A DNA stretch of 64,000 bases, taken from assembly GCF_001194135.2 (NCBI RefSeq), contig NC_068983.1, positions 114,335,693-114,399,692 on the forward strand. Direction: 5' to 3'. Shown piece after piece: positions 39,950 to 53,630 of this stretch. How positions within the stretch are numbered: the stretch's first letter is position 1; each line of letters opens with the position of its first letter. The position numbers were made by a program, and so were the translations under genes. The notes under the pieces are model-generated. The model was not told the DNA's origin and did not search any database. It saw only the letters and a list, made by a program, of their open reading frames with translations. The DNA comes from Octopus bimaculoides (taxonomy: Eukaryota).

Positions 39950-41668
39950 GTGAAAGTTAGTGAGCTTTTATTGAAAACAAGGGAAAATATCTGAAGAAAT
40001 TGCAACCAGAGTTCAAAGAAGGTATCCCTTTTATAAATGGTTACTTTTATCAGATTAATTCATGTTTACAACTCTTAACCAGTGTGAATTGAGAGTGGCA
40101 TCTCATTCTAAAATTTACTACCTAAAACATAGAGCTATGTTAATTTTTAGCTCCTGTTTGAATCTCCTATGGCATCTTTGCTGAACAAAATATCTATAGC
40201 AATTAGGATCTTTATACTAGGTTTACAAGGTGGTAAGTTGGCTGAATTGTAAGAGTATTGGATTGAAAACTCTGTGGTATTTGTTTTGACTTGCTGTTCT
40301 TGAGTTCAAATCCCACCAAAGTCAACTTTGTGTCAAACTAAAACAAAGGCAGCATATTTCAACAGAAATAGAGAAAGAAAATAGTTAACTATCACCACTT
40401 TATAACTACCTTCCTAGATGGCATGGGTTCAAATTACCACAGTTCAAATAAATTTTTTATTAGGAATTATTGCCCTCCTAGATAGGTCAGAGGACTGTGT
40501 CTTGCTAGCACATTCCATTTCAGTAGGTATCTGTGGCAGCATTTTTTCATAGCACCAACACAAGAAAAGATTGTCAAATTCTCAACCAGATAAAAGGGTC
40601 CTCTCAGCTTACTAACCAAACACTTTAGGGAGTCTTTAATATATATATATATATATATATCATCATCATCATCATCATCGTTTAACAATGATATATATAT
40701 ATATATTTCATGTAGTCTTTCAATGAAAGATACCAGATGTATAAAGACAACCAGCACAGATAGAAAACAAGGTAAAATATTGTTTTCAACATGAAAATGT
40801 TCCAAAGTGATACTTGCAACTAGTTTTAAATATTATATCTGTCATATGAAGCTAAATGTGGTTGAAATTTTAGAAAAATGTTGGAGTAAAACAAAAAATT
40901 TAAAACTTGGGGTGCAAAAGTGAAGCCACTTTATATTTGAATTGAAATTAAATGATGGATCTTATTTACCATGAACTTCACTTTTGTATCATGTCAATTA
41001 TTAATACAATACTAATATAGTTATTATTACTTAAATGCATAAAACTTTGGATATGAAATAGAAATAACAATAGAATTAAAGAATTAGTTCTCCTTATAAG
41101 GAATTGATCACAGGTCACAGGTTCTATTCGCCACAAATATATCAGTGTACAAAATAGCCATAGATTAAATATTAGTGTAAATAGTTCTAATTCTGTTCAT
41201 TATAGATGATTCTTTTCCAAATGTAAAATCCTAGTAAAAAAAAAATAATAATATTTTTTGGAAAGTCCTTAAAATCTACCAATTGTAATAAAGTTTGTAT
41301 CAAAAATTTAGCCATCTTAAAGCTTTCAAGTACAATCTATCTAGCAGTGCAACACAAAATTTTGTGTAAGGCCAAAATCATTTGTTCTCTGTAAGTGTTC
41401 TTATGACATAATAAATAGCACTTCTCTTCATCTAACTGATGAAAGCATTTGCAACTAAGTTGTATGTTGTTCATTAGGGCTGTCAGTACTTGATAAGCTT
41501 TAACTCACTTATCACAAAACATGTAGTTCTCAAAACGACAAGAAATATTGGTTTAATATTCATGATTTTTAGTAGTGATGTGCTTACCTCTACAGAGCTT
41601 GCAGAATGAAGCTTAGATATAGTACAAACAGTCAACCACCAAAATGTAGTAGAAATGGTAGGCTAGAC

Positions 41669-41899
41669 CAGTGCTCTACGACCGTTTTCACTTGCGGTAC
41701 ACTTATATTCTTTTCAAAATTTAGCGGATTACCTAAACTAAAAATATAACTAGAAGTATAGGGGAAAAAAAGTTATAGGTTACATTGCGACACACCTAGC
41801 ATCGTCTCGTGGCACACCAGTGTGCCGCGACATACACACTGCGATACACCTAGCATCATCTCGTGGCACACTCTCCGAAACGCCGGTTGCAGAGCACCG
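41669..41899. mobile_element. hAT (Charlie-like) MITE
   Basis: 8-bp TSD ggctagac at 41661-41668 and 41900-41907; 16-bp TIRs cagtgctctacgaccg vs cggtgctctgcaaccg (13/16); internal 32-bp direct repeat at 41786-41817 and 41840-41871 (30/32). Confidence 0.9.
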
Positions 41900-41981
41900 G
41901 GCTAGACAACAGAAAGTGATTAAGAGAGCAGCTAGTATTCTAAAATTCTATAAAAGCTCACAAAGGTTGTCATTTGTCATC

Positions 41982-42442
41982 CCTTTTCTATGAAATTTTC
42001 GACAAATATCGTTCTGAATGTGTAGATTACGATTATATTGGAATTTAATATGGAAAAAGTAAAAAAACATCGAGGGCTTGCATGCATACATACATACATA
42101 CATACCGACCGACCGACACACGGCACAATTTTTTTCGAAATTTTAAGTTTCAGTATGTAATGTGTGTCAGTATGTGTACGATACCACCACTTCTTTTTTT
42201 TTCTTTTTTTAATTAAATTCGGTATAACCGTAATATACACCATCTGAAAGAATTAGAAAATTTCATTAAAAAATACCCATTTTCCTGAAAGTTACGAGGA
42301 AACAAAGCTGACTCGAGTGAATTTCACAGAACTCCTCTCTCCACCACAAATTCCGATATAATCGTAATCAACACCAACTGGAGCATATTTCTAGAAAATT
42401 TCATTAAAAAATATCTATATTTTTCTGAAAGTTATGAGGAAA
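41982..42442. mobile_element. Non-autonomous element with long imperfect inverted arms and internal (CATA)n(CCGA)n
   Basis: 42025-42046 vs 42348-42369 inverted 21/22; arms extend about 65 bp; direct repeat 42254-42302 and 42392-42442; superfamily not determined. Confidence 0.6.
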
Positions 42443-42449
42443 TAAAATT

Positions 42450-44377
42450 GGGTAGGTATGCCTGTATTGTTTCTTTCTTTGAGAGACTAGTGTTATTTGA
42501 GGGAGATTTGTGCGCCTATTTCCTTTAAATCTGCTAGACCAAAATAAGACATGTTCATCGAGACTGGTGAAACAAACAATCTTAACTAACTATTATTATG
42601 GTCATCAGAAGCATCTATATGGTAAAGATAATGTTCTTCGAAATATGTGCAGGCAAATTTAGCGATGAGATATTTGGCTTCAGAACAAGGCTTAAGGAAG
42701 TAAATAGAAATCCAGTCCGTGTCAGTTCTGCTTAGCTAACCACACACAGAACAATAAACATCGTAAATGAATGTTTAACAGGGGATGATGCTTAAAACCT
42801 GAAACAGCAACTAACGATAACGATTCAGCATTCAGTAACCATTACATTGGCTTCCAATAGGTGTAGATCAGACTGTTTGCAGAGTTAAAAATAAATTACA
42901 AGGCAATCAAAAGTAAAATCTAAATTAAAAAATAAAAATATTCCTTGACACTAATTCTATTAACTAATAACTAAAGTGTTAAGTTTTGACAATGTAGGAA
43001 CAGTATGCGCAGGTATTATTGCACAAACTATTATATTTGTTTTTGTAAACTCCTTCAGAATGATGGGAATCCACTGAAAAGGGGGAAAAAGATCTAGAAA
43101 CAAACTCCAGGCCCTGATTTGGCTGAGAGTCAAACAGTTTCTCTAAACCGCCTGTTATTTTTTTTAGTTATTGTTGTTTTCGGTTGTTATTTATGTCCTT
43201 TACACATTTGTTTTTCTTTGTTCCTCTTCCCCACCGAAATATAATGTTAAACCTGTTTCTAATTTAAAAAAGAAAACACCTACAGGATTTTCTTTCTGTA
43301 GTTGAGTTTTATCTGTTTGCTATCCGGTCATAAGCAACAGGCAGTCTCTGTTGACACTTAGCTTACAGACATTTGCCTGGTTTCGCTGTGCTCCCCCGCG
43401 AAACTTCTCTACCGGATATATCGGAGGGAGAGGGGGGGGAGTTGGTTTAGTAAACAGTACTTGAATGTAAGTTTTACAGGTGACCCTGTTTACATTCATA
43501 TGTGCACGCACGCAAGCACACACATACACGTATATAAACACATAGAGAAAGAAAGAGAGAGAGACATACACACACAACCTCAGCCGTAGCAGAGCAGCAG
43601 TGGTGGAGATTAGTGATTAGGATTTGAGGTGGGGGACCGGAGATTGCTTCACACATGAAGCAGACTGAATAAAGATTTATAGGAGACAAAAGAAGGGTGA
43701 GGGAGAGACTGGGACAGTGAAATGAAAACAAAATAAAAAGATATTAACAACAGCCCACCACTAATTAAGTGGCTCCATTATTACTAAGGCGTTTTTTCCA
43801 TATATGTATATNNNNNNNNNNNNNNNNNNNNNNNNNNNNNNNNNNNNNNNNNNNNNNNNNNNNNNNNNNNNNNNNNNNNNNNNNNNNNNNNNNNNNNNNN
43901 NNNNNNNNNNNNNNNNNNNNNNNNNNNNNNNNNNNNNNNNNNNNNNNNNNNNNNNNNNNNNNNNNNNNNNNNNNNNNNNNNNNNNNNNNNNNNNNNNNNN
44001 NNNNNNNNNNNNNNNNNNNNNNNNNNNNNNNNNNNNNNNNNNNNNNNNNNNNNNNNNNNNNNNNNNNNNNNNNNNNNNNNNNNNNNNNNNNNNNNNNNNN
44101 NNNNNNNNNNNNNNNNNNNNNNNNNNNNNNNNNNNNNNNNNNNNNNNNNNNNNNNNNNNNNNNNNNNNNNNNNNNNNNNNNNNNNNNNNNNNNNNNNNNN
44201 NNNNNNNNNNNNNNNNNNNNNNNNNNNNNNNNNNNNNNNNNNNNNNNNNNNNNNNNNNNNNNNNNNNNNNNNNNNNNNNNNNNNNNNNNNNNNNNNNNNN
44301 NNNNNNNNNNNNNNNNNNNNNNNNNNNNNNNNNNNNNNNNNNNNNNNNNNNNNNNNNNNNNNNNNNNNNNNNNNNNN

Positions 44378-44409
<32 letters not shown>

Positions 44410-45300
44410 CTTATGCTGCCATAAACAAAAATGTTTTAGCCCCTACCAAAATAGAAAACAGTAAATTTCCACTCGCATTTATTATCACTAAGTTTAAATA
44501 TAGATTGCTTTAAATTGGACTTGATTTTGCATCATATCAGTGGCAGAGATTAGTTTGATGTGGAAGCAAGCCTGGAACCAAAGCTTTCACGTAATATGTA
44601 TGTATATGTATGCACGTCTGCGTGTGTCCGTCATTACCAGTATATGTGTGCATACATTACAACTTACTTAACTGTCTAAACAGTCTACAGTAGCTGCTAG
44701 CAGTAAGTGAAGAGTGCGATGTGTTAGTGATGGTGGGTGAACACTAATTTTATTTTTATTTCATTTATTTATTTATTTTTCGAGTAGTGGTGATGGTGCA
44801 CTGGTTTGATGGTGGTGGGGCTCATAAACTTTGAAGTGTATTTGATAAAGTCCACAGTTGTGCAAGTACACTAGTAGTTAAAATGATTATAGAGGTAAAT
44901 GGCTTATCACGACTGTCCCCATCGCCACCACTAGTGCATGTATGTCACTAAATATTGAAGTGAAATAGAAGAAATCAAAAGACGGTAAACAAAATCAGGC
45001 TAAAATGTCAAAACCATTGCGGCAATAAACAATTTTTAAAAGACGTACAAGAAGATTACATTGCACCATATCATCCGACCTTGGTCGGTATCAGTTCTGA
45101 GGACTAGAAAGTTTGCATTTATGAGTACATGCTTGTAACAAACATTTTCAAGATTTGAAATAAAAACACTCAAGTAGAGATTAAGATATTAATTCAATCA
45201 TACCAATGAAAGTAATGTAAGTGAATGTACAAGTTACTGGAGTACAAAATATCTTTGGTTAGAGGGAAATCAGCCTAGCCTACGGTAGGACTTCTCAAAC
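42450..45300. promoter_or_regulatory. CpG-retaining region, probable promoter or first-exon area
   Basis: About 11 CpGs in 43320-43640 vs about 2 in 16200-17330; minus donors TCT|GTAAGC (43366) and GAG|GTAAGC (41587); plus donor AAT|GTAAGT (43467). Confidence 0.55.
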
Positions 45301-48300
45301 TTTTTCTTCCAGTGTATTCACTTATCATATCCAACCGTGTTATCATACATATGCCTTGTGAAGAATATATAGTAAAACGTCTTAATACTATAAAATTATA
45401 CAAAGGGTTTACTATCTAAATAGATAGATGTACAATTTCTCATAAATTATTATATTTGGAAGTCAAGACTTCCAATCAGTAATTTTATAATACTCTTTAC
45501 TAAATCTGACGATGCACTATTGAAAAGTAGTGGTTTGTAATAGCTTTAAAGTTTCAAAGTTTTTACAAATTTCATATATTCTTAGAGTTTTTGTTGCATA
45601 TCTAGGGTTAAGAATCCCTGTCCTGTAGTATTTAAATCCAGATAGCCATTCTTCTAAGATTTTTCTACATGCAATTAGTAGTTATTTGAATGGCAGTCAA
45701 GTACATTGATAGAGTGACTGTTGCTTGGATAGGAACATTACACAAATATCTATAAAAACTTGTTTCCTGACAAGCAATCACTGTTGAAATTGTAAACTAG
45801 TTTTGAACAGAATTTTAGGCCAGTTATTCCAGCATGCTACTAAGAACCAAATGCTGGTACAATTTATTTTCAGATTAGTAAGTTGTTTCCTAGCAAGGCA
45901 GTATACTCTCAAGAGAAGCGTATACCATCTATCTTCAGGAATATTATAGTACTAATTCTATCATTTTTTTTTTTTTTCAGTTGAATATTTAAGGTTGAAG
46001 TCATTCAGCCTTATAGTTTAATTCAGCACTAAAACACCCAATAGGTAAAATGAAAATGTTCTTTTTTTATCATTATTATTACTTTTTTTAAAAAAAAGAT
46101 AGCTAAGAGCTAACTGTTGGATGTTGGTCTCCTAAGTTTGACTTACTTGAGGATAATTAAAACTAAAACCTGTAAAGTAGAATATGGTGTGAAGCAGCTT
46201 TGTTTGGCATATCATTTTAGAAAAGAATTAAGAAAAACTTATATGTTAGAATACATTTTATGAATAAAGAAACAAGTTATCATATAAATATATAAATAAC
46301 ATATTCTTCAAATATTTAAGATATATCAATGAGCATTATATATTATTGTTGGCAGATATTTCAAAGTTTAAATGCAATTTGGAGAAATAGAATTTGCTAA
46401 CACATTTGTTAGTATTCTTATTTTTAAAAACGAAATGGGAAATGGAAAACAGTCAACTATGCTGGTTAATATCATCATTTGTTATATCTGAACTAATATC
46501 TAAGTCTTGGAATTATTCAAAAGGTAACTATGGATAGTGTGGCTCTATAATACTTTGGAACTTGTTTACATTAAAATCTAGCATAATGGCAGCTGAACAG
46601 AGCTGAAAAGGTGGCAGTAGACAGTGTGGCACTCTGTTAACATACATTAGTATCTAAGTCAAGGTCAGTTGACCAAGGTGAAAAGTTAACAGTAGACAGC
46701 ATAGTTGAGTGGTAACTGTTTATATTAAAAACTATGTCAATAGCACTTGAATCAGGTGAGAAGGAGATTACAGACATTATTTCACTGTTATAACTATTTA
46801 CAACATTCATTTTAATATTAGAACAAGAGCTGTGTTAATTACCTTAGACAATAAATTCTAATTTATAAAAGTGTGTGTGTAAAATTGAAGTCATACATTC
46901 AGAGGAAACTTCATGGAAATTTGACAGTCTATCTTTTATTGAATTTTATATATATAGGGAAGAAGAAAAAGCTTTGAACCTAAGTAAACTAACATAAACT
47001 AAAGAGTTAAGTTACCATGAAAGAAAAATTGAAAGGAAGAAATCGTAGATATAACCAGAAATTAGATGAATATTTTTCAGTAATGAAAAGCATCTTTGAG
47101 ACAAGGGAGATAGGAGTTTTACAAAGGCAATGAGGCCATTTGTTTTTTTTTTATTTGAAAACATTTTAAAGATTAAAATAAAATTGTTTGCTCAAAAACT
47201 ATATCCCTAAAGGTCAGAAGTTATTGAACAGTAGTTATTGACCATTTGTGAGATACATTATGCATTGGACACTGGACAATAGCTCATATATTAGGGACAA
47301 AGGAGTTGTTATACTCACAAACATTACAGATTGACTTACATCTGATAAAGTTTTTCCCACAAAAACATTAGAACCCATTTACGCACCAATGTATTTTCCT
47401 TTCTTACAACACTTTGTGTTCTTTTGAATAGGCAAAATTGTGTCACCTTACACCAAATTCTACCTAATACTCTGTCTCTTGGTTCCTAGTCTACACCTAC
47501 CCAAGAAAAAAAACCATACCTTTCACTCAAATCTTTTCTCCTAGAACTTCAGTCCTCAGTATTCTCTCTTTCTTTCTTACATATTACATACATACATTCA
47601 TATTAACAGCAACAACCAGTGGGAAATTCAAGCTGAACATCAATTCCATGAATCTCATCAAGCAGGCAGAGATGTCAGTAAAGCTATAAGTTCTACTTCT
47701 TCATGACTAGATACAAGGAGAAACCACAATAACAAACACATAACAGTACTAAAATAGTATTAAAATAAAAATGACAGATAGTATAAGTTATGATGGTTTT
47801 GTAAGTTTCGGACTACTAATTTACGTTTTCTGGTATAAACTTCAGATGTCAGATGAGAAATGGACATATTTGAAAATTTTCCTTTCATTTTTAGATCACT
47901 GATGAACTCCAACAACAATGGCTTTATTTACAGGCACTTACTTCAACCTAAAAGCTCTGCTACCCAACCCTCACTAAACTTCCACTAAACTTCAGATCAC
48001 AGTTTTAACATGCTTTGGGTCATTATTTCTAAATGATTTCCTTTACCAAAATGCTAAATTCTTCTTGAGGACTGTAGCCATAAAATCCAATCTCAAGTAT
48101 CAATACAAATATCCTTGTGAGTCTTGCAGTTCAATTCTTGGCACAAAACATGATTCAATGTAGAGATCAAAAAGAGAGAACCTCAACAAACTAGAAATAA
48201 CAGATAAACCCCACTCAAATCATACTATACCATTTTAAAAGATAAAAAAAAACATGTTGGACAATGTAGTATTGGATTAGATATGCTGAATGCAAAAGAA

Positions 48301-48737
48301 TAAGTAAATGAAAAGACTGGGTGATCATGATTGGAAAATCTTTGATTGTTGTAGAAGGTCAGGTTAGTTGAAGCCAAGCTGGAGCTAAACAATAGTAGCA
48401 ACATGACTAAACTAGTTTCAGCAAATCAGGTGATATGATAAAAAATATTACTTGCACTTTAAAGTCAAGCAAACAATGTCAAGAAGAGCAACCAAATCTA
48501 AGCATGTTAGAAATAGCAGCTAAATTTTCTTTGAATCACACCCTAAAATCAATCTTAATCGTAACAAAGGAAGGAAATATTGGGTCATGCAGTCCTACCT
48601 ACTCTTGACCTTTCAAAACAAAGGAAACAGAAAATAGACAAGATAAGCAATGGCTGAATAGCCTTTGAGTAATAGACCAGTTCAATTAGAGCTTATCTGG
48701 GGTTAATCAACAACAATTTCAATTCATTGTATGTGTT

Positions 48738-48950
48738 AAGGTGGCAAGCTGGTAGAATCATTAGCACACCAGAAGAAATGCTTAGTGACATTTTGTTTGC
48801 CTTTTATGTTTTGAGTTCAAATTCTGCTGACTTGCTTTTCATCCTTTTGGGGTCAATAAAATAAAGCAACAGTTGAGCACCAAATAAAGCAACAGTTGAC
48901 CCATCGCCTCCATCGAAATTGCTGGCATGGTACCAAAATTTGAAACCAAT
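48738..48950 (+). mobile_element. SINE family A
   Basis: aaggtggcaagctggtagaatcattagcac...gagttcaaattctgc; internal 18-bp duplication aaataaagcaacagttga. Confidence 0.85.
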
Positions 48951-49505
48951 TTGTTATATGTGTTTGAACCTGCCAACATTAGAAAAAAATTGTAAGAAAC
49001 TTAAAGCGCACGCACACACACACATATGTATATATTTATATANNNNNNNNNNCATATGTCCTATTAAAGTATTAAAGAGTTAAGATAACAGATGCAATCT
49101 AGTTTAGTGTTTAGCCTGCTTCTTCTAGTTGCTGGAAGAATGAAGGAACCTCTAGTTTTACAACTTTCAGGTTGCCTGTCTACTTTTCTTTCTTAAGGTG
49201 AGTCTATTTATTTAGGTTAGGTTATTATGGTTGGTAGTATATCAGTAGTGAAGATCTGGGTGTAAGATTTCACAGGTGAAATATCAACTGGTTAACTTAA
49301 ACAGCCACACAAGATTTACTGATGATAATAAATACAGCAAACATACTAGCATGGGAAAACTTTATTTTACTGTTTGTTTCTTTCTTGTTTTTTTTTTAAA
49401 TTTATTTTTTCCTCTTTTGGAACTCTTGTAATTTTAATATATACATTTCTGATTTCGATGTTTGGCAGAAAAGAGTATAATAATGCACACATTCACATAT
49501 GTATA

Positions 49506-49536
<31 letters not shown>

Positions 49537-49712
49537 TACATCACCGTTGCAATTTCTACTTTCCTATGATTGCATGGGTCAGATAAAATTCATTGAATTG
49601 GTCGGATGCTCTTCCTGTCACCAACCCTCACCTGTTTCAGAGCAAAATAATAATCCTCCAGTCTTTCAAACATGTATATCACAACGCCCAAGCATGATTT
49701 TATGGAAGATTA

Positions 49713-50036
49713 GTGGCATGTAAAAAGCACCATTCGAGTGTGGTCATTGCCAGTGCTGCCTGACTGGCTCCTGTGCCAGTGGCAAGTAAAATGCACCATT
49801 CAAGTATGGCTGATGCCAGTACCGCTTGACTGACCCTCATGCCAGTGGCACGTAAAAAGCACCAAGTACACTCTCAGAGTGGTTGATGTTAGGAAGGGCA
49901 TGTAGCTGTAGAAACTTTGCCAGATCAAACTGGAGCCTTGCGCAACCTTCTGGCTTGCCAGCACTGTCAAACTGTCCAGCCCATGCCAGCATGAAAAGCA
50001 GACGTTAAACGACGATGACAACGATGATGATGATGA

Positions 50037-50040
<4 letters not shown>
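49713..50040 (+). mobile_element. RTE-derived 3' end with about 66-bp tandem units and (GAT)n tail
   Basis: gtggca.gtaaaa.gcacc at 49713, 49779 and 49845; ends cccatgccagcatgaaaagcagacgttaaacgacgatga; preceded by an inverted family B tail Y (49545-49712). Confidence 0.85.
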
Positions 50041-50101
<61 letters not shown>

Positions 50102-52039
50102 TATAGGCTTGTTCTATCAATGTGTAAAACTATCAGCTCTTGAGCAACTATACAACCAGTTAATATACACACAACACACACAAATGTTACAGTGCCAGTG
50201 AAGAAGCTTGGGGGTCAACATTATCAATAGTTGCTTTGAAAATGTCAGCTAAACATCACTTTCCTGCGAGTCATAATACTATATAAAATAAAAACACAAT
50301 ATACAAAGCAATAATAATCCAAGAGACAAAAATTGACAGAAACATGAAGTGTATACATAACCATAAAAATAAAGAAAATTGGTGGAATGTCCTAGCTTAG
50401 GATAAGATACAAGTATAACAGAAGTCATTGTTCTTTTAGTCAGAGTAAAATATCTGCAGTGTTGTAACAAGTTCAGTAGGCATAAACATGACATAGAAAA
50501 GTGAATGAAAAAGAGAATGTCTCCAGACAACTAAAAGGAAACTTCAAACTTTCTTGCTCAGATTATAGGTTTTACAGATGTAACAGTCTTTGAGGCCACT
50601 TCAGTTATGGTGACAAAAAGACTCCAAACTAATATTGAAAAGTTGTCTATCATAGAGGCAGAACTGTCAATTAATTTGTAATTACTAGTCTAATCTTTGT
50701 AAAAAAAAAAAAGAAAAAAAAAGCACCTTATTTTTTTATCTATCTTAGAAGTTTCCCATACAGAGATTGGCTCAAATCTTATTACAAAAACAAATTAGAA
50801 ATGAATATTAAATAGATACCAAATACTTGTGCATTTTCACATATTGATAGCCATAGTCATTAATGAATTAATTTACATAAAATATTCTTGTTAACTTGGA
50901 GAACAAAGAGTGAAAAAGAAAGAAAACAGATTGACCTCCATAATTCAAAGGTGTAACTCTGTAACACTTTTCAAATTCTCCCATCAATAGTGACACTACT
51001 AACAAGAGCTAAGGTAGCAAAAGTATGCAGCTAATAATCTAAATAGCCTTTGAGTCCTGCCTCATATCATTCAGGTAACACTTACTGAAATAAGCCCTTA
51101 CATGCACATACATGTACAAATAGTAAAATAATTATGTCTGGAGGGTACAAGTAAAATAAATTACATCCAGAAGCTTGAAGAATGCTCATTAAACAGAAAT
51201 ACATGCAGTAGCCTTAAGAAAGCTCAAGTAATTTATCTGAATACATACATGGAAAGCTAATTATTAGCAAAGCATTTGCAGAGAAGTGATGTGAAACTTA
51301 AATAAATACAAAAGGGAGCAGGTTTTTTTTTTCTGGACCCATTATAGCTATATCATATCTCCCTTTGACAGATCTAATAAGTGAAAACAGTTAATGTGGT
51401 TCTATGACTGGGAATGCAAATACCACTACTGACAGCTACCAAATAACTTCAGCTATCTTGAATTGCAGAGAAGCACCTATAGATCAATGTTTCATCATAA
51501 TTGCTAGGGACAAACTAAATAACTAAAGGAAATATCCTGTCAGTCTATACATATCAAAAGTTTTTTTCTTTTAAATAAGGCTATAAGTCTATAATCATTG
51601 ATGCACTGAGGCGAGGCTATGAGTCAAAAAGGGACAGAAAAGATAATTCACCCTTCAGATTCAATCCTCCAGTGGAAGTGATAGATCTAAGGTACGGCAT
51701 AATCTAAAATGTTTTAAACAACCAGATTGATATCAATAAACAACACATAAATTTGAACCAATTTCAACTTTCAGTATCCTTCTAAATCATAGTCTTTTTT
51801 TTTCTTTTTAAGAATACATAAGAGTTACAGCAGAAATCTATCACTTATTTGTGTTAGTAATGAAGCTACAAATAACTCCCCTACTGTCATGACTAAGAAG
51901 TACCATCAATTTAAACACATTTAGAATTCGACTATCCATTATTGTTACATAAAAATACAAAAGTACTACACGTTTTTTTTTGTTTTTTTTTTACTTAAAT
52001 TACAATTTTTATTCTTAAAGGCTGTTGTAGAACATTTAG

Positions 52040-52260
52040 CCCTTTTGATACCAGCCTGCCTTAGCAGTCCTTGGCTCTCTGACACAAATTTAGGGCTTTA
52101 AAGTAAACTAAATTAAAATTTACCTTTAAAATTCCATTTTAAATTATATCCCAAACACCAATATATTAATGACTAAGTTATTTTTACTAAATCTTTATTA
52201 TTTTCAAAATTAATTGAAACAAAAGCAATGTATTTCAATAGAAATATCTTAATGAAAGGG
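52040..52260. mobile_element. piggyBac-like MITE
   Basis: ttag|cccttt...aaaggg|ttat, i.e. CCCTTT/AAAGGG termini with decayed TTAA; homologous to 8243-8463. Confidence 0.7.
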
Positions 52261-53274
52261 TTATACAGGCTCATGGTTTTGAACATCAGATAAAAATAAA
52301 TATCTGATTACCTTATACTAAAAATTAAAAAAATTAAATAAAACACAAAAAGCTAAGCCACCAATCATAAATACATTAGACATAATTTCCAATAATAATT
52401 TGGCAATACAGGATACATGGTACAATATTCTGAGGTATTATGGATAAGAATGACAGACCAAGTATCACACAGCAATATTTTACTCTCAGTTTAAGCTATA
52501 CTTCATAATCACTTTTCCTAATTTCATTAAAAATAATTGTTAGTTGTATAATGACTACTATTGGGATTAGTTCCATTTCACTAGCATGGGAGAAGGAATA
52601 AAACAAAAGCAAATATTTTATGAATGAAATGCTCAACAGTCTCTAAAATGGTACTAAATAGAGTAACACAGAAGGAGTGGAGTATCTTTGTAAATGATTG
52701 AAAGTTAGGCAACTAAAAATAGGTCTATGAATGTCAATGGATCAACATAGAAAAGAAACCAATTCTTGTAGAAGTGAACAAGTATTTACCATGAATCAAT
52801 AAAATTAACTAAAATCCTTGATGATGATGCTCTGGTACAGCTGTAGTCAAATGACTGCAAGTAAGGAAAGAGTGAAAGTGTAATAATCTAACTCTTCTAA
52901 GCCTCAGTTAAAATAAAAATTATTGAATCAAACACCATGACTCAGTAAAACTAAAAAATATATATATATTTCCTATCAATTTCACATGACAAAATAGAAC
53001 TAACCCTTCATCTTTTACCTATCACCTACAAGAAATCAAATGCCAGCATTCTATTTTACAGAAACAGCGTGTCTCTACCAGTTTCTTCAAGCATCTCTAG
53101 TTCACATCCAGTGCATTATCACCGTCTTCCATACCTGCCACATATTTTACCAACTTTCACATACAAAATATAAACTCTGAGCCACTCTTGCTGAAAACTG
53201 GCCCTCAAATTTTCACTGTTCTCACACTTAATAGTTTGATTACTTCTTGTACTGAAATTTGAACAATCATGGCA

Positions 53275-53630
53275 CAGGTATGACTGTGTAAAGAAGTTTG
53301 CTTCCCAACCATGTGATTTTGAGTTCAGCCCCAGTGACATCTTAGGTAAGTGTCTTTTATTAAAGCCCAGGGTTGAGCAAAGCCTTGCGATTAGATTTGG
53401 TAGAGTGAGCCTCCACATGTTGACATTGTGTGATAGTTGTAAATGAGAGTCAAAGTCATACAAAGAGTGTCATTCACATTCAATCTTCAATGTAAAACGT
53501 CTGGTCATGGGAAAATACTACCTTGCTGAGAAACAGATGAAGGCTGGCAACAGGAAAGGCATCCAGCCATAGAAAATCTGTCTGACCAATGCAAGCATAG
53601 AAAAATGGACAACAAAATGATGATGATGAC
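53275..53630 (+). mobile_element. SINE family B, tail Y (RTE-like, (GAT)n)
   Basis: Head gtaaagaagtttgcttcccaaccatgtg...gagttcagcccc; tail ggcaacaggaaaggcatccagccatagaaaatc...atgatgatgatg. Confidence 0.8.

Noticed and set aside
43769-44464. Longest ORFs in the track (231 and 198 aa; also 14086-14641 and 19099-19461)
   Set aside because: They run through N-gaps and (TA)n; artefacts.
46659-46681. TCAAGGTCA plus CCAAGGTGA (FTZ-F1/ERR-like sites)
   Set aside because: A 9-mer match is not improbable in this much sequence; no other support.
47704-47725. tgactagat matches the 5' end of miR-279 family
   Set aside because: Only 9 nt match and no complementary arm nearby.
47890-48300. Possible Penelope GIY-YIG relic (YKYPCESCSSILGT)
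   Set aside because: Single short motif lacking the YIG residues; cannot be supported without a profile search.
49713-49865. Three regularly spaced 19-bp repeats resembling a CRISPR array
   Set aside because: Spacers are homologous to each other, the unit sits in a retroposon 3' end, and the DNA is eukaryotic with no cas genes.
9584-53190. Further short AG/GT pairs (9584-9606, about 28860-28880, about 46147-46169, about 53135-53190)
   Set aside because: Background rate of such pairs is high on the pyrimidine-rich strand; no peptide or CpG support.
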